Shown: positions 25,075-39,060 of the stretch, piece by piece | Numbering within the stretch: position 1 is the stretch's first letter | Layout: each line of letters starts with the position of its first letter | Source of the DNA: Novakomyces olei | Taxonomy: Eukaryota | Direction: 5' to 3' | Assembly: GCA_016906335.1 (NCBI GenBank) | Contig: JADEYG010000012.1 | Coordinates: forward strand, 62,001-126,000 | Length of the DNA: 64,000 bases | Notes under the pieces: generated by a model | What the model saw: the letters and a program-made list of their open reading frames with translations, nothing else | Database searches by the model: none | What the model was told of the DNA's origin: nothing | Translations under genes and position numbers: made by a program

Positions 25075-25577
25075 ATGGCACCTCGACCGGCTACAGCGGC
25101 GGCGGCGCCTCAAAAGAAGGCCAAATCGGCCAAGGATGCGGCTCTTAAAGGCACACACTCTAAGGTTTACAAAAAGATCCGCACCTCGCCGACTTTCCGA
25201 CGGTATGTTTGAAGGTTTTGGCCTCTTGTCAATACTAATATTTGAATAGGCCAAACACCCTCAAATTGGCACGGAAGCCAAAGTATCCACGCAAATCTGT
25301 GCAGCACCCTCCACGCTTTGATGCGTACAAAGTCATCATTGCACCACTTAATACTGAGTCGGCCATGAAATCGATCGAGGAGCAAAATACGCTAGTCTTC
25401 ACTGTCGATCGCAAGGCTAACAAAAACCAAATTAAGGAGGCGATTAAGAAGGTGTACGAAGTTGATGCTCTTCGCGTAAACACGCTCATTACGGCACGCG
25501 GTTCTAAAAAGGCTTACGTCAAGCTGTCCGCTGATGTCGATGCATTGGATGTTGCTAACAAAATTGGCTTTATCTAG
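25075..25577 (+). CDS. RPL25: 60S ribosomal protein uL23 (L25), 2 exons
   Basis: [53 protein letters not shown]; intron 25203-25249. Confidence 0.97.
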
Positions 25578-26299
25578 ATACATAATCATTCACTTTGAAA
25601 AAGGATTCTGAGCGCTTGTCGTTTCCCTGTGTGTCGTGCCTAATTGTAGAAAAGTTGATTTATAAACCCTATTGCCGAATCGAACTGTTTGCATCATATC
25701 TACGTTCAGCGCTTTCTCTTGAGTCTGCCTGGCGGTCTACAATGCTTCTCGACGAACCTGAAGACAATCGGAATAAGTATATTAAGCAATTGCTCTTTAA
25801 TACGTTTCAATGTATGCTGTATATCATGATATGGTTTTCTGGTGTTCGTAGTGCAACAGTTGACATCTTTTAAGCTTAGCAAACCTATTGAATCCTCCGT
25901 TGTTCTTCTTTTGCGGTAAAGACCGCGCAATATTGTGCAACAAGCAAAAGTTTGAATAATATAGTACATAAGACTCGTCGCCATAATAACATTATACCAC
26001 AACAGTATTATAGAGAGAGGCATATATCATTCTGTGATATTAAGTGTATACCCTTTTACGCACGTGATTTTATATGACATAAAATTATTTATTTATTACA
26101 TGACAGAAACGTACTAAATCGCTTTTATTGTTAGTTCGAGGTATAATGTACTTGTCACGAGGCGACGCGTAGAACCGGTTCTCCAAACACAACTGGCCTC
26201 AGCTTTGGCATGTATAATGACTTGAGCAACTAACGAGCTGCAATTTTACTTGACACGCAGATATTTGAATTTCCATCTGACGGCGGAGGCGTTGATACC

Positions 26300-29200
26300 A
26301 TGGATCTTTTTGGACCCGTCGAACCTGAGACGGAGCAGTTATTCCAGGAGAATATCGGTGACGATGACATTGTAACAGATGAAGATTTTACAAAAGCATT
26401 ACAGGAACTGAACGTAGTATGGCCTTTATGCAGTTTTGTTCAAATTTCTCGTTTGACTCTTATTTTATTTTATTTTATTTTATTTTATTTCTTAATTTAA
26501 TTCAATCTTTCATACATTCATACTTCTGGCTGGTGCTAACGTTACGAAAGAATGATACACCTGCGAATGATGCTCATGGTGCGGGAGATATTAGCCATGA
26601 CCTCGGTCAAGCACATGCACAATCTTCGCAAGAAGCTTTTGATTTAACTGCGTTTGATGCGCCGACTGATGTGTATGCACCTAGCAAAGATTTGCGGCAG
26701 CGATCAACGTCGTTCCCTTTGCCAAACGAGCAAACCACTGAGCAGCTGACAAATCTTGTTTTCGACACTGCACAAACGTCTGGCCAAGCGCCCGTTGATG
26801 CAAACAATACAGGGAACAATGAGCCGTATCATTACATGCCATCATTTCCGCAACACTACGAAGGGCAAACCGAGAAGGATCCTGTATCGAGGCCCGCTCA
26901 GCCCGCTAGTGCACTCACAAAAACGACTGTCCCGGGTGTAAATTTGCGTGGCTCTTTCAGTTCTCCTTACGATTTGCCTGATTCTGTTTCTTCAAGGGCG
27001 GCCTCCAGGCAAGCAGCACGTTATCTGACTCATTTTCGGCACGAAACAACACCTCAGCCGGGTCAAAACATTCGCAATTCTTACTATTTGCCCTCCCGTG
27101 ACTCGTCAACGAGTAATGCAGTGTACACAGGCCCAAGTACTGCTGCAAATCACATATCGCCTCCACCTGCTGTGCCAGAGCCGCCAAGGCAATCGGGTCC
27201 TCCTGCTTCAATTAGACCGCAAAGCGGACCTTCTTTGCCTTCGAGCTCAGCCAAGCAGTACCAACCGGCGGCTGCCTTAACGGCTCAGCAAAGTAATGCG
27301 TATCAGCCATCAGTGCAGCCATTACAAAATACACGGGGCCCGTCGAGTTTAGCAGCAAGCAATTTCCAAAGCAATGCTCCGCCTACATCATCTCAACAAG
27401 GCTATGCGCCTGTTTCTTCTGGCAACCTATCACAGCATCGTGCTCCGAGCAATTTGATGAGGCCTGAATCACTGTCTGCCGGATACAGGCGAGCAGGTTC
27501 TTCTGTGTCTATACGCAAAGCCTCTCCCTTTACTCCTCCGCCTCTGGCCAGAGCTGCATCGGAGGCACATTATACAACGGATACTATACAGTCGATAGCA
27601 GTGCCTCCCGCACTGGCTGCTTTGGCTTCAGACCAGCAAGAAGCTGAAGCTACAGCTGCAATTGAACCTGAACCCGAGGCTGATACCTCCTCTCAACAGC
27701 AGCAGATTGCGAATGAATCAAGTGCCTTTGAGCAGAATAATCTCGACTACTTTCCTCAGCCTCTACAGTCGGCTCTAGACGCAGAGACAAGTGACCGTTT
27801 GCAGGATAAAAGTCCTGCCTCTGAGTTTGGTATTGATCAAACAGACAGAGATTCTGGGCCAAAGCAGCTATCAGAGTCGGCCAAGTTTGATACAGAGACT
27901 TCAATAGCAAATTACGACTTACAGACGGAGGAGAGCAAGGTCAATTTGCCTCTTGATTACACTGCAGACCCCCAACCCAAATGGGACACTGTTCCAAAGC
28001 GGGCGGATTTGGTGGACAGAAGACCCTCTCTACCTCTCGCACAATCCGCACCTTTTAATGACCATTCTCTCTTGTCCTTCACAAAGCCGGAGATGGAGCC
28101 ACAGCTGACGGAAATTGAGAGGGCACGTTCTGTCCCTAATGTATACAGTCCTAACGCACAAAGGCAACAGGTGCAAGCTGTATTGCACTCGTACATAGAT
28201 TCCGCGGGTCCACTAAGTCTGACACAGGAACAGAATTACGAGTTGATTCAAAGGGGGTACCCTTTGATAGATTTCGGATTAGAAGGGCAGCTGTTGACCT
28301 CCTTTCCAGGTGAGCAGCATCGGTTCACAAAGACTGGGCCATTGTCAATTCGTGTGGCTGGTGACGTTTACTTGCGCAGTGAAAGGTCTGCAGTCATTGT
28401 GGATGGCAGTTTCCCCGGACCCTTGTTTACAGTACGCGGCCCAGAAAAGGCCAAGAAAAAGGATCTGTCTGCTTGGTTGCAGAGTAGGGTATTGGCGATT
28501 GAAACAAAGGATATGGCGAGTACTACAATTAGTGCTTTTGAGCTGGACGAGTTGGAAAATAAGAAACTACTTTTGCAGGTCATGAATACGCTTCTTCAAT
28601 TTAATGGTACGGTTGACGAGAAATCTATACCCGAGCTACGGAAGCTGTTTGGAGACCAGCAGCGAGTAGGAGACGGCAGTGCAGCTGCTTTGTTCCCCTC
28701 AACGGTGGGTGGGGTAGGTACAAGTGCCGGCCTATCTGATACTGGTCTTGGTGAACGTTCGGGTTCAATTACAGTGCTGCGTTCAATAGAAGCCTTACTA
28801 GAACAAGGAGATCGCCAGGCGGCCGTAGATCTGGCGCTCGAGCAAAGACTGTGGAGCCATGCTCTTGTAATTGCCAGCAGTGTGAGTAAAGAGGTATGGC
28901 TGCAGGTTGTACGCAATTTTGTGGATAGTGAACTTGCCGCTACTTCCGGATCCAGTATGTCGTTTGGCAATTTAAGGCTGCTGTACCTTGTATTTTCCGG
29001 AGCTGGCTTGTCTTTGGGAGGTACCGGTAGCCCAACCTCAATTGCCTTTGCAAATTCTGTGCCAGGTCTTGACTGGAAAAGAGCTGTTGGCGCAATGCTG
29101 GCCAACTGGGCTCCAGGCACAGCCGAAGCAATACTGTCTCTGGGAACCATTCTGCGAGAGCGCAATGATATATATGCTGCTCATTGCTGTTTTCTTTTGG

Positions 29201-31551
29201 CCAACTCAGTGGTTACGTTTGGACCAGCAGAGACAGGAGCTCATTTGCAGCTGGTTGGGGCAGATTCACGACGGTCTGTCAGCGCTGGCAATACTAGTGA
29301 TAATGATATTATCAATAATACTAGTAGCAAAAGTCCTAATACCGCTACCGCTACTGGTAATAATAATGGTAATAGCAACAGCAATAGCAATAGCGATATC
29401 AACAATGACAGCCACACCTGGTATCTTGAACCTGACGCTCTTGAACTGGCAGAAGTGTTGGAGTACATGTTGAGCCTGCGGTCCGGAGCCGTTTGCAAGC
29501 CGCATCTTTTCGCCTTCAAGCTCTGGAAGGCCTGGAGACATGCTGATGCTGGCAATATAGGGCAAGCACAGCGGTACTGTGAGCATTTGGGTAATGAGCT
29601 GGCCAAAGCAGCAAAGTCCGCCAATGCACCTTTCCCACCTTTACTGGGGAATATGACGTCTTCCCTGCAGGAACTGTCGGCAAAACTAGTACAGAGTGCT
29701 CACAGTGCGGGCGACAATGCTTCAGCAGAGTCATGGTTCACCCGGTCAATGAGCCGGCCAAAGCTGGACAGTTTCTGGACGTCTGTAGAGGGCCATCTGA
29801 GCAAATTCGTTGCCGGCCCAGACGAAACTGGCACCAATAATGGGGCAGGTGTGGGAGGACCTGCTGGTCCACTGGCGGACGGCAGGTACCCTGCTCAAGA
29901 AGAAGGACCTTTTAGTAGAATGGGTTCAGTCTACAATTCGACAGCTTCCCTGCCGGGTCTTGTTCACAGTAATGGCAACCATATATCAGGCTATGAACCG
30001 GCATCTCGGCCGAATCCTCGGCCACAGCAACCGCTGCAGCCATTGCCCCCTCGTGGTGAGCACATTATGCCTTCAAGACCAGCTTACATGCAAAGTTCTG
30101 AAGGCAATACACAGGCAAATGCTGACTACTCTCGTTCCAACTCGGCAAACAGCTGGACAGGCGTAGGCTGGCCAGGTCAACCACCAAACATGTACTTTGC
30201 AAAGACGGCACCTCAGCTGCAGATGCAACAGCAAGTACCGTCTGGTGTGCCAGGCGAGTCGGACACAAATCTAATTAATTTGCCCGGCAGCGGACAGTAC
30301 AATCCGTACGCTGAACCTGCCGCAATACCCAACAAATTTACACAGCCTGCACTGCAGCAGTCGGGTTATCCGTCGAATGCGGGAGTACCAGACCAGACTG
30401 TGCCAGGTCAAGCGGGATATCCGAGCCAGGGTTTTCCGGGCCAGTCGGGTTTTCCGATGGCCTCCACGCTTAGCAGCAACGGCGCACCGGCTAATAGCTA
30501 TTTCAATAACAATGTACCCGCACAAGAGGCAGCAGCGTATACGCCATCAAATGGGCGACTGTACAGCGGCGCAGATGCACAAAATGATAAAGTGCCAATG
30601 TATCAGCAAGGAGTCCCGCAGCATCAACAACCCTACCCACCCTCAATGGCCCATGAGGCCTATATGGGCCATCATGCGACTCACAGCACAGACGCTTATA
30701 TACCCAAGGCAGTAAGAGAGCAAACTGCCACAGAACCCGATGCCGATAAGAGCGAGACCAAGTCGACAAACAAGTCTGGATGGCTTGGCGGATGGCTATT
30801 TTCCGGGTCCGGGTCGGGACAGTCTGAGCCGAAACCCAGGGACAATACGCATAATGCAGCACAAAGTGAAGCGAACCCCGACACGAAACCCGAAGCGAAA
30901 CCCGAAGCGAAACCCGAAGCGAAACCCGAAGCGAAACCCGAAGCGAAACGCCAAGAAAAATCCGAAGCAAAACCTGAGAAACCAAAAGAAGAAAAGCCTG
31001 CAAGTCGAGGATGGTTTGGATGGGGTAAAAAGGATAATGATGGCGATCATCAAGTATATAAAGCAAAATTGGGAGAACAAAGCCAATTTTACTATGACAA
31101 AGAACAGAAGCGATGGGTTAACAAGTCAGCTGCTCTGGACAACGCAGCGGCTGCACCGCCTCCGCCTCCAAAGGCAGCTACTCCTGCTATGTCGGCCTCA
31201 CTTCCGGCTTCAAGTCCGTCATATGTGCCTAATCCTCCAGAGACAAGCTCTACTTTCCAGACCAGCCTTGGACCTCAATCTGTGCAACCAGCATTGCCTC
31301 ATACACAAGGCCAAGACCAGGGCTCTTTTCCTCCCTCAGTCACGCCGTCGACTGCTCCTTCTTCAGCGTCTGTCCCCCCACCATTGTCTCGTCCAAGGCC
31401 GCCTGTAGGTGATAGTCTGGACGACCTTTTAGGCGGGCCTGCGCTTTCACGAGGATCCACGCCTGGTTCTACTCCCGGATCAGCTGCTGCCGGCCGGAGG
31501 GGCAAAGCAAAGGCCAAAGGTCGGTATGTCAATGTCATGGAGAGCCAGTAG
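26300..31551 (+). CDS. SEC16: COPII scaffold Sec16, 2 exons
   Basis: P..DFG..G.L, FPGPL, LWSHALVIASS, AAHCCFL, KAKLGEQSQFYYDKEQKRWVNK, C-terminal RYVNVM; intron about 26417-26550. Confidence 0.88.
30884..30948 (+). repeat. Coding 12-bp tandem repeat (CGAAACCCGAAG)x5 encoding KPEA
   Basis: Exact copies inside the Sec16 C-terminal region. Confidence 0.9.
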
Positions 31552-32055
31552 CCGGCTTATATATGAATTTAAAATCGAATAAATAGAACGCATAACGCCT
31601 TGACCTGGCAGGCGTTTATAGGAGTTCTTATTGGATACAATCAATAGCTGAAGAGATGCCGGTTGGCATCAATAACTTTTCATCATGGTTCCGTGCGTGT
31701 TTAAAAGCAAAGTGTAGAAAGATTGTTTGCTAGTAAATTGTGTGGTACGTGCGTGGATTTCTAAAGCCAAAGTGCGGCCGATTAAAGGACAGTATGTAAT
31801 GAAACTGCATCTCAGGGTGGCATACAGCATTCGTGTAATACGCTTCTCTTGTCTATACTCCTGCAGCCGTGAAATGTTGGTGCAGTGAAGGCAAGATGGC
31901 AACGAGAGCAGGCATAGCATAACCGTATCATATTAAAATAAACCCTAAAAACTGGCACAGTCCTTGGCAGCAAATGAAATGGGTGCATGAACTGCGACAC
32001 CCAATCAAACGAGGCCGTAAAGCAATCAGCACGAGCCAATAGAACCAAATGATTG

Positions 32056-32697
32056 TTACTGCACCCGATGCACGTCTGCACGCCGCATAATAATTACATC
32101 ATCCTCGTCGTCAAGGTCGTCGTGGTCGTGACTGTCGGGACGACGCGTGCCAGTGCTGTCAAGCGAGGCAGCATTCGCGTCATTCAGCTCCTGCTCTGAG
32201 CCCGTGTCCGCCTTGTCACCAGCTTCGGCTGCCTGTTCGCGATACAGAGGCGAATGAGAGGGAAGCCGGGCACCAGTGCCGGCTCTGTACTGCAAATGTA
32301 GAGGTAAATTTCCCTGTAAATTGCCCTGTAAATTGCCCTGTAAATTGCCCTGTAAATTGCCCTGTAAATTGTGACTAGTCGGCTGACTAGTTGAGCTCTC
32401 TGTATAGCTTAGCGCCTCAAAAGCCAACGGCTGCGGAGACGGAACACGGCTAGTCGCATTGCTCCAAGCCGCCGCGTACTCTGCGTCCTCCACGTGGAAG
32501 GAAATAGGGCCTGAATCGACACGTGCCAGCCTCGCTGAGGATCCAACTACCGCGTTACCCGCCACAGCAGAAGAGCCCGCGAGCGGCGACAAAGGCGACG
32601 CTGGAGCCGTTTGTGAAGAGTGTGGAGAAGAGCTCGGCGACCTGACCGCAGAAGGTTGAGTCGGGCTCGTTATAGACACAATTGGTGTCGAGGTCAT
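32056..32697 (-). CDS. Hypothetical disordered S/P/A-rich protein with (NLQG) repeat
   Basis: 213-aa GC-rich ORF with telobox and microsatellite upstream; no recognisable domain. Confidence 0.5.
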   Translation of the reverse strand: MTSTPIVSITSPTQPSAVRSPSSSPHSSQTAPASPLSPLAGSSAVAGNAVVGSSARLARVDSGPISFHVEDAEYAAAWSNATSRVPSPQPLAFEALSYTESSTSQPTSHNLQGNLQGNLQGNLQGNLQGNLPLHLQYRAGTGARLPSHSPLYREQAAEAGDKADTGSEQELNDANAASLDSTGTRRPDSHDHDDLDDEDDVIIMRRADVHRVQ

Positions 32698-32910
32698 GTA
32701 TGGCGTGGGGACAGTGCCAACACTCTGCTCTGGTGCCCTATATTCTTCTACGGAAAACGTTCCTAACCCTAATCTTGCTCCTTTTAGAACCGCTCCTACT
32801 CTTCAGCTGCCTTGCTGCCTGCCTGCCTCGTAAATATTAGGAGATTGCTGTATCAGTCGCCTATTGGCCCATTGTCGTGGAGTGCCGTGGAGTCGGTCTC
32901 TATAGTATCT

Positions 32911-33033
<123 letters not shown>

Positions 33034-33529
33034 GTTTACGCACTATATAAAATAGCACTCTTCAATTGGCTTAAGAGTGTAACTGAATTATAATGATCTA
33101 TCCTATCGCGCTGTTCCTGCTAAAAACATCGAGTATTACTCCCTCATTGCCTTATAGGTGGATAGAAAGTGAATGGCGTCACGTGATTAATTAAAATAGT
33201 GCGGAGAACAGATGGATGATTGGGCTTAGCTGCTTGTTTAGGTTGATTTCTATTTTTATTATCGCAAAGCTTTTTTCTCTTCTTTTCTTTCTTTTCTTTC
33301 TTTTCTTGTTTTTTTTTTTGGTAAAAGTAGTAGGCTCGAGTGTAAATTTTATTAGCGATCGTAAATGCTTGATCTTCATGAAGCCAGATGGTCGGCGTAA
33401 AGGCGCGTCTCGGTTTAAACGTTCTTTTACATCGTACATACATAGTATAATCGCACCATTCATATTTACAATTCTGCTACCTATTTGCAGATGCTCGTCG
33501 AATACATACAAATGATCCACTGCCCGAGG

Positions 33530-34737
33530 TCAGTTTGTAAAAGTGGCATCAATCTGCTTTAATTGGGGCAGGGCCAGTTTTACTTTGCGGCGGTAATTGG
33601 CCCCAGAGTCTTTTTGTATGGGGTTTCCCTCCAAATATATTGTTTCGAGATGCTGCAAGCCTGATAGTTCGCACTCCATCTCGCCAAAATCGGTCAGTAA
33701 ATTATCGCTCGCCCAAAACTCTTCAAGAGCCTCTTTGTTTTGCAAATACTCAAAGTGTTTTACTCGGTTCGCAGTGATATCGAGAACGCGGAGTTTGGAA
33801 AGGTTCTGGATCCCGTCCAGTGACTCCAGAGCATTATGTGATACATACAATTCTTCCAGTGATCCGGCCAGGGATCCCAACTGTCCAAGCGACGTCAGAC
33901 GGTTAGACTGTATCGAGAGTACACGCAAGTGGCATAAGAACGAAAGATCAGGGATCGCCTCGATCTTATTCTTGCCTACCCATAATTCTTCCAGCCCATT
34001 CAGAGCTTCCAGGCCCGTTAGTTCCTGAGCTGAATTAGCTGAAGAGAAAGTCTTTTTATATAAATACCTACTCTTATACGATTAGCTCCCAGCTCCAGGC
34101 TCTTCAAATTTGGCAGCTTGGCGAGATTGGTGATATGCCGAATCTTGTTTTGCACAAAGTAAACGGTCTCGAGACGAGAGCAGTTTTCGAGATGGGAAAT
34201 ATGTCTGATTTTATTGAAGCTGAGATCCAACACCACCAAATTGTGCAACTCGTCGAGGCCTGTCATGTGTGTAATAAGATTGTCATAGAGATCAAGCTCT
34301 TCCACTTGCGTAGGAATGCCTTTAATCTCTGTGATTAAATTCTGTCGCAGACACAGTTTCTTTCATTAGCGCCAACCAGAAAAAAATTGCAACACGATAC
34401 AATACCTTTATGTTGTGAAACCGCGACAGTCTCAAGGGTTCAATGTTTCGAATCTTGGAATGCATTGCTGCTACGTCCTATTTCATTAGCGTGAATAGTA
34501 TAGAACGTCAAACCAACCTCCTCTTCGTCCGGAATATCGTTTAGTAAATCTGTAATGTTACAATTATGATCAAACAATACTTGCCGTAAGAGCGTTACCC
34601 TCATCTGCATCAATAAGATCAGTATTCGGATCATCGTGCACGACTGACGCCGAGGGCCAAGACGCCGCCAGATCGGAAGATATGTCTTTGAACTGAGGGC
34701 TTAACTGCGCCTCATCTTCCGATGTATCTCTGTCCAT
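33530..34737 (-). CDS. SDS22: PP1 regulatory LRR subunit Sds22, 5 exons
   Basis: LCLRQN, ELDLYDNLI, LDLSFNKI, LELGANRIR, ELWVGKNKI, LSIQSNRL, YRRKVKLALPQLKQIDAT. Confidence 0.93.
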
Positions 34738-35148
34738 TGACCTTGTCGCTCCACTCGGGAGTCAAGTTAGAGTTCAAACAAGTCAATCGAGAATGAGGTA
34801 AGATATATAATATATCATTATGTCGACATGATAATCATACACAAAATAGTAAATTTAACAATATATTACAATAACATTACAATTGTATTGTGAAATGCTT
34901 CTTGTTTCTGAAAAGATATATTAAAGATCAGTTACCGGTATTTATAACAGTTAGTGCTAGAATAAGAAAATAACCCTAACCCTAATAGATTCGGGCTTAC
35001 TACGCCCAACAATAATATTATTGTAATATTACAATAATATTACAATAATATTACAATAATAAAACAATGAATATAAAAACAAATCGTCGCGAATTAGGAT
35101 AATCACAGATCCAATACGAGGCATATAGACAGCCTGGCACGATCCAGC

Positions 35149-36276
35149 ATGCTCGTCCAAACGGCAAGATTAGCGGGAAAAAGCTGCTTGCACTGCCGGC
35201 GGCTTGCAACAGAGACTGTCAGTAAGAGCAGTACAGCTGCAACTACAGCCCCGGCTTCAAGCAGCAGCCGTGTGAGTACTGGTAAAACTGCCACTCCCAG
35301 CGTTGGATCCAATACTAGTGCCAATGCTGGACCGAGTGGAACGCCACCGAATTCACTTTCCGCAGGCTCCGCTGGGGACGAAGCACCAGTCGCTGCTTCA
35401 GATACGGCGTTCAATATCCTCGACAGAAACTCGCCTCCGGATTTGCCCATCAGGCCAAATTATCCCTTTGATATTAAACCCCCACCGCCTTCCTCCAAAG
35501 GCGCCGGGCGGGATAATGCGTCTGCGGTGGAAGAAGAATCATTATCTGAAGAGCTTTTGCCCAACTCTGAGCACGTCTCCAGTCGGCACTTAGACCGGCA
35601 CCCGGCTTATCAGTTTGATACTTACCGGTGTGTCCAGCGTATTGAGAGAGCTGGTCTCACTCACGCTCAGGCCGTTGCAGTAATGAAAATAATAAAGGCA
35701 AAGATGGAATCAAGCGTAGACAGGGCTCGTGCAACTTATGCATCAAAGGCGCTTCTCGACAACGATCTTTACCTTTATTCAGCGGCACTTTCAGAAATGC
35801 GGTCGGAATTCCAGTTGTCTTGGAAGAACGAGGCTGCTAAAATGCAGGTACAGATCCAGTCTATTGGACGCGAAATTGAAAGGCTTGATGAGGATTTAAA
35901 GGGGTTAATGTTGGAGATGCGTAATGAGAATAGCAAGGCCTTAGAGGCCCGGAAAGCGGAGGCACGGGCGGACGAGAACTCTCGAGCTTTACAGATTCAG
36001 GAGGTGAATAGTAAGCTTAACAGCGCAATTGGCTTTATGCGCGTTGATATTGAGAACAATAAATGGAACTATGTCGGTTGGGTTCTTGGTAAGTGAATCC
36101 CGCTTCAGTGTTGTAATTTTATTAACATTTTAGCTTTCCCGGCCGTTATCACTTCTATTTTTTGGTGGACAAAGGGCGGAAAGACTATACGGCAGCAGCG
36201 AGAAAAGGCCAATAACAGAATACAGGAGCCTCCACAGCCAATTTCTAGCGATGACAGCTACGTTTCTCTAGGTTGA
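35149..36276 (+). CDS. Mitochondrial DUF1640/CCDC90 (Fmp32/Put7-like) coiled-coil protein, 2 exons
   Basis: Presequence-like N-terminus, FDTY..V..IE.AG.T..QA..VMK, LY.AALSEMRSE, coiled coil, IE..KW, TM segment, ending YVSLG. Confidence 0.8.
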
Positions 36277-36398
36277 AAATAGAACGAGGCACGATCAAAG
36301 CATAATCCAAGCATGTCTAAACAGGCAGCGCTACATTTATGGAGGGGCCCTTTTGCATTTAAGCCAGTTTTATCATTGCATTTTCTTATCCTTTGTTC

Positions 36399-38289
36399 TC
36401 AACCCTCTAATTTGTCATGTGTCCGCTTATACATATATATTTCCTTCAATGCTTCATCCGCATCGTCCTGAAGTTCGTTGTACCGTGTACGCACAATGTT
36501 GCATACGTCTTTGAGCATAGATTCCGTCTCACAGCTTTTCATGACCGCCTGATCATTTTCTACAGTTGCGCTAAAATCAGGAAGCGGATTGGTCAGCTCG
36601 TCCAGTACGAGTCGAAGATGTAGTGTGAGTGCTTCTTGTTGCCTTTGCATACGTGCAATCTTGGCTTCTTTTCTCGCAAGTTCGGCTTCATATACTTCTC
36701 GCATTTTTTCCATATTATCGTGGGCCCTTGTAAGCTCGAGATTTTCACACTGCATGACATTTAACGATTCTGTTAATTGTCGAATTTGCTGCTCATGCAA
36801 TTGTGCACGCTCAGCAGACGCGTTCACGACTGCTTTAGTTTGAATGTGTTTAGTTGCATCTGCGTATCGAAGCGTGGAAATGCTTTCTGCATAATCGGTG
36901 GGTGAAATACAGGCAATCATGGCTGTTTTGGAATTGCCACCGAGACTATCGGAAAGTAGATAAGTCAGCAGTGATTCACGGAACGGAATTGTACTTCCGC
37001 CTTCCGCAAGAAGGTTTATCACTCGTCCAAGTGTCGTTAATGACCGGTTGATGTTTGACCCTTCTCGAAATCGATCTCCTTTATGCCCCGTTGCATTTAC
37101 CCGTTCTGATCCCGCGAGATCGACCAGTCTTTAAAGCAAAGGTTAGCTTTAAAATTTCATTTGAATAGAATTCTATTTGAATTAATAGCATCTTAATTTT
37201 ACCTGAATCGCGAAGTTTTCTCGATACCACCTGTTGAAGAACGTTGTTTCACGGAAAGAGTCAATATCGCGTGTGACCTACTAGAGCTATCGTTCATTTT
37301 CGTCGCAGCTGTCGACCGAGCCTTGGGTGGTTAGCGTCGTGAAATTTTGTTTGTCTTTAGCAAATTTGGATTTGATTTCTTCAACTTACTTTTGTCCCCA
37401 GTCTTATAAATGTTTGAATCTCTTCTAAAGAGCTCACTTCAAATTCACATAAGCCTTCTAAGAATGGACCCTCTTTGGGAGATTCTCGGATTTTCAGACT
37501 GCGTTGTTTCCCTGCAAACTCCTTTGCATTCAACAAGTCAATCGCAATCTCATTGTATATCTCGTAATAGCTCACAGACACTTTGAACTCTGTTCCGGTG
37601 CAGGTTGCAATCTTGTCGAAAAGAACCTGGCAAACTCGCGGTATTATGCCCGGGTCTTTTGGCGTACCCATCTTCGCTATTAGCCAATCATAATTTTTCT
37701 TTTAAATAGTACCATTGTATGTGTTTTGCCGCTGCCTGTCTGGCCGTCTGGTTGAATTTAGAAGATTTATCACAGGGAAGGGCAAGCATAATTAAAGCAA
37801 AAGAAAACAGAATTGAATAATCCAAAGCTAGCCATCTGGATCCAAAAAAGAAACAATTTAATAGAAATTAAGATCAATTGTATTGCAAACCTACACGCAA
37901 AGATACAAGCGTTATAGCCCTCAAGTGAATGCTCAATAAACTCCTTGCCCACCACACGAAACACGTCATCCTGACTACAGAAATGCGCGTCTTTCTCGTT
38001 CACTGACCACATTGACCGATCATAGATAAATTGCTTTATTGAAGCATCATCCCTTCGTCTCGTGCCAAGAGAACTAGAGTCGTGAGGTGTGGTTATTCGC
38101 GTAGTCAGCCCATCGCTATCCATGTCTATGATGCATCTTGAGCCCACTTGTTTCTCTGCTCATGTGTTAGAGGTTTGGCTTTTCAACAATCAACGCACCT
38201 CGTGTATTAAGTGGCCTTGCACGCACATAAACCTGTACATTATTGCTTTGTCCTTTCCTCAGTGCTTGCGCCTTTGCTGGTCGAGACAT
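36399..38289 (-). CDS. Short fungal kinesin-3 motor (no FHA/PH tail seen), 6 exons
   Basis: [82 protein letters not shown]; five introns. Confidence 0.9.
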
Positions 38290-38821
38290 GGTGCTTTGTG
38301 CTCTTTGATTATCGCTCAGTTATTTGTTTACACCCACAACAACATTTAGCATTACTTGGACGTTCTCTTGCCCGCTCCGATAAGCAAAAAATGTATTCAC
38401 AATTAACCCTAACCCTACTACTCGACTTGACGTTTGTCAATGAAATAACGCCTCAGATTGTTTAGATCGAGCAATACCTCAGAGGTATGAAATGTGCTGT
38501 TAGTAACTTGATTTGCACTATCTCGAACGAACATTTCTGTCGTCGCAAAGCAGCAGCACCAGGATGTACGTTTCTACGAAGATTATGATGTACAATTTAA
38601 TTTGGTTTTAACGGTAATTATTTGCATATAGCTGTTATACCAAATTGAACGTGATTTGATACTTTCTACCTATCTGCCGTTAAATCGAATATCAAAGGCG
38701 TCCGTATAGTTCAGATAACCTTTTAAAATTCAAACAGGAACAATTGCTCTTTCTTTTACATTGAGCCGTCTAAATGAATAGAGGGTAGCCTTAGCGTGGG
38801 TTGATAATGGGGACACTAATG

Positions 38822-38996
38822 ATATGAATAATATGAATAATATGAATAATATGAATAATATGAATAATATGAATAATATGAATAATATGAATAATATGAA
38901 TAATATGAATAATATGAATAATATGAATAATATGAATAATATGAATAATATGAATAATATGAATAATATGAATAATATGAATAATATGAATAATGA
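38822..38996 (+). repeat. (ATGAATAAT)x19 tandem repeat at the 5' end of LAA1
   Basis: Perfect 9-bp units, in frame with the first LAA1 exon. Confidence 0.95.
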
Positions 38997-39060
38997 ATAT
39001 TATTCTGCGATTTATACGTATGTCATACCGTGCAACCTGAATCCAACGTTGGCCGGCGGC

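Noticed and set aside
25706-26023. 105-aa minus-strand ORF between RPL25 and SEC16
   Set aside because: No recognisable motif or convincing splice model; a small gene cannot be excluded.
30884-30948. Regular short repeats (also 32304-32370 and 38822-38996) as a CRISPR-like array
   Set aside because: Head-to-tail repeats without spacers in a eukaryotic context.
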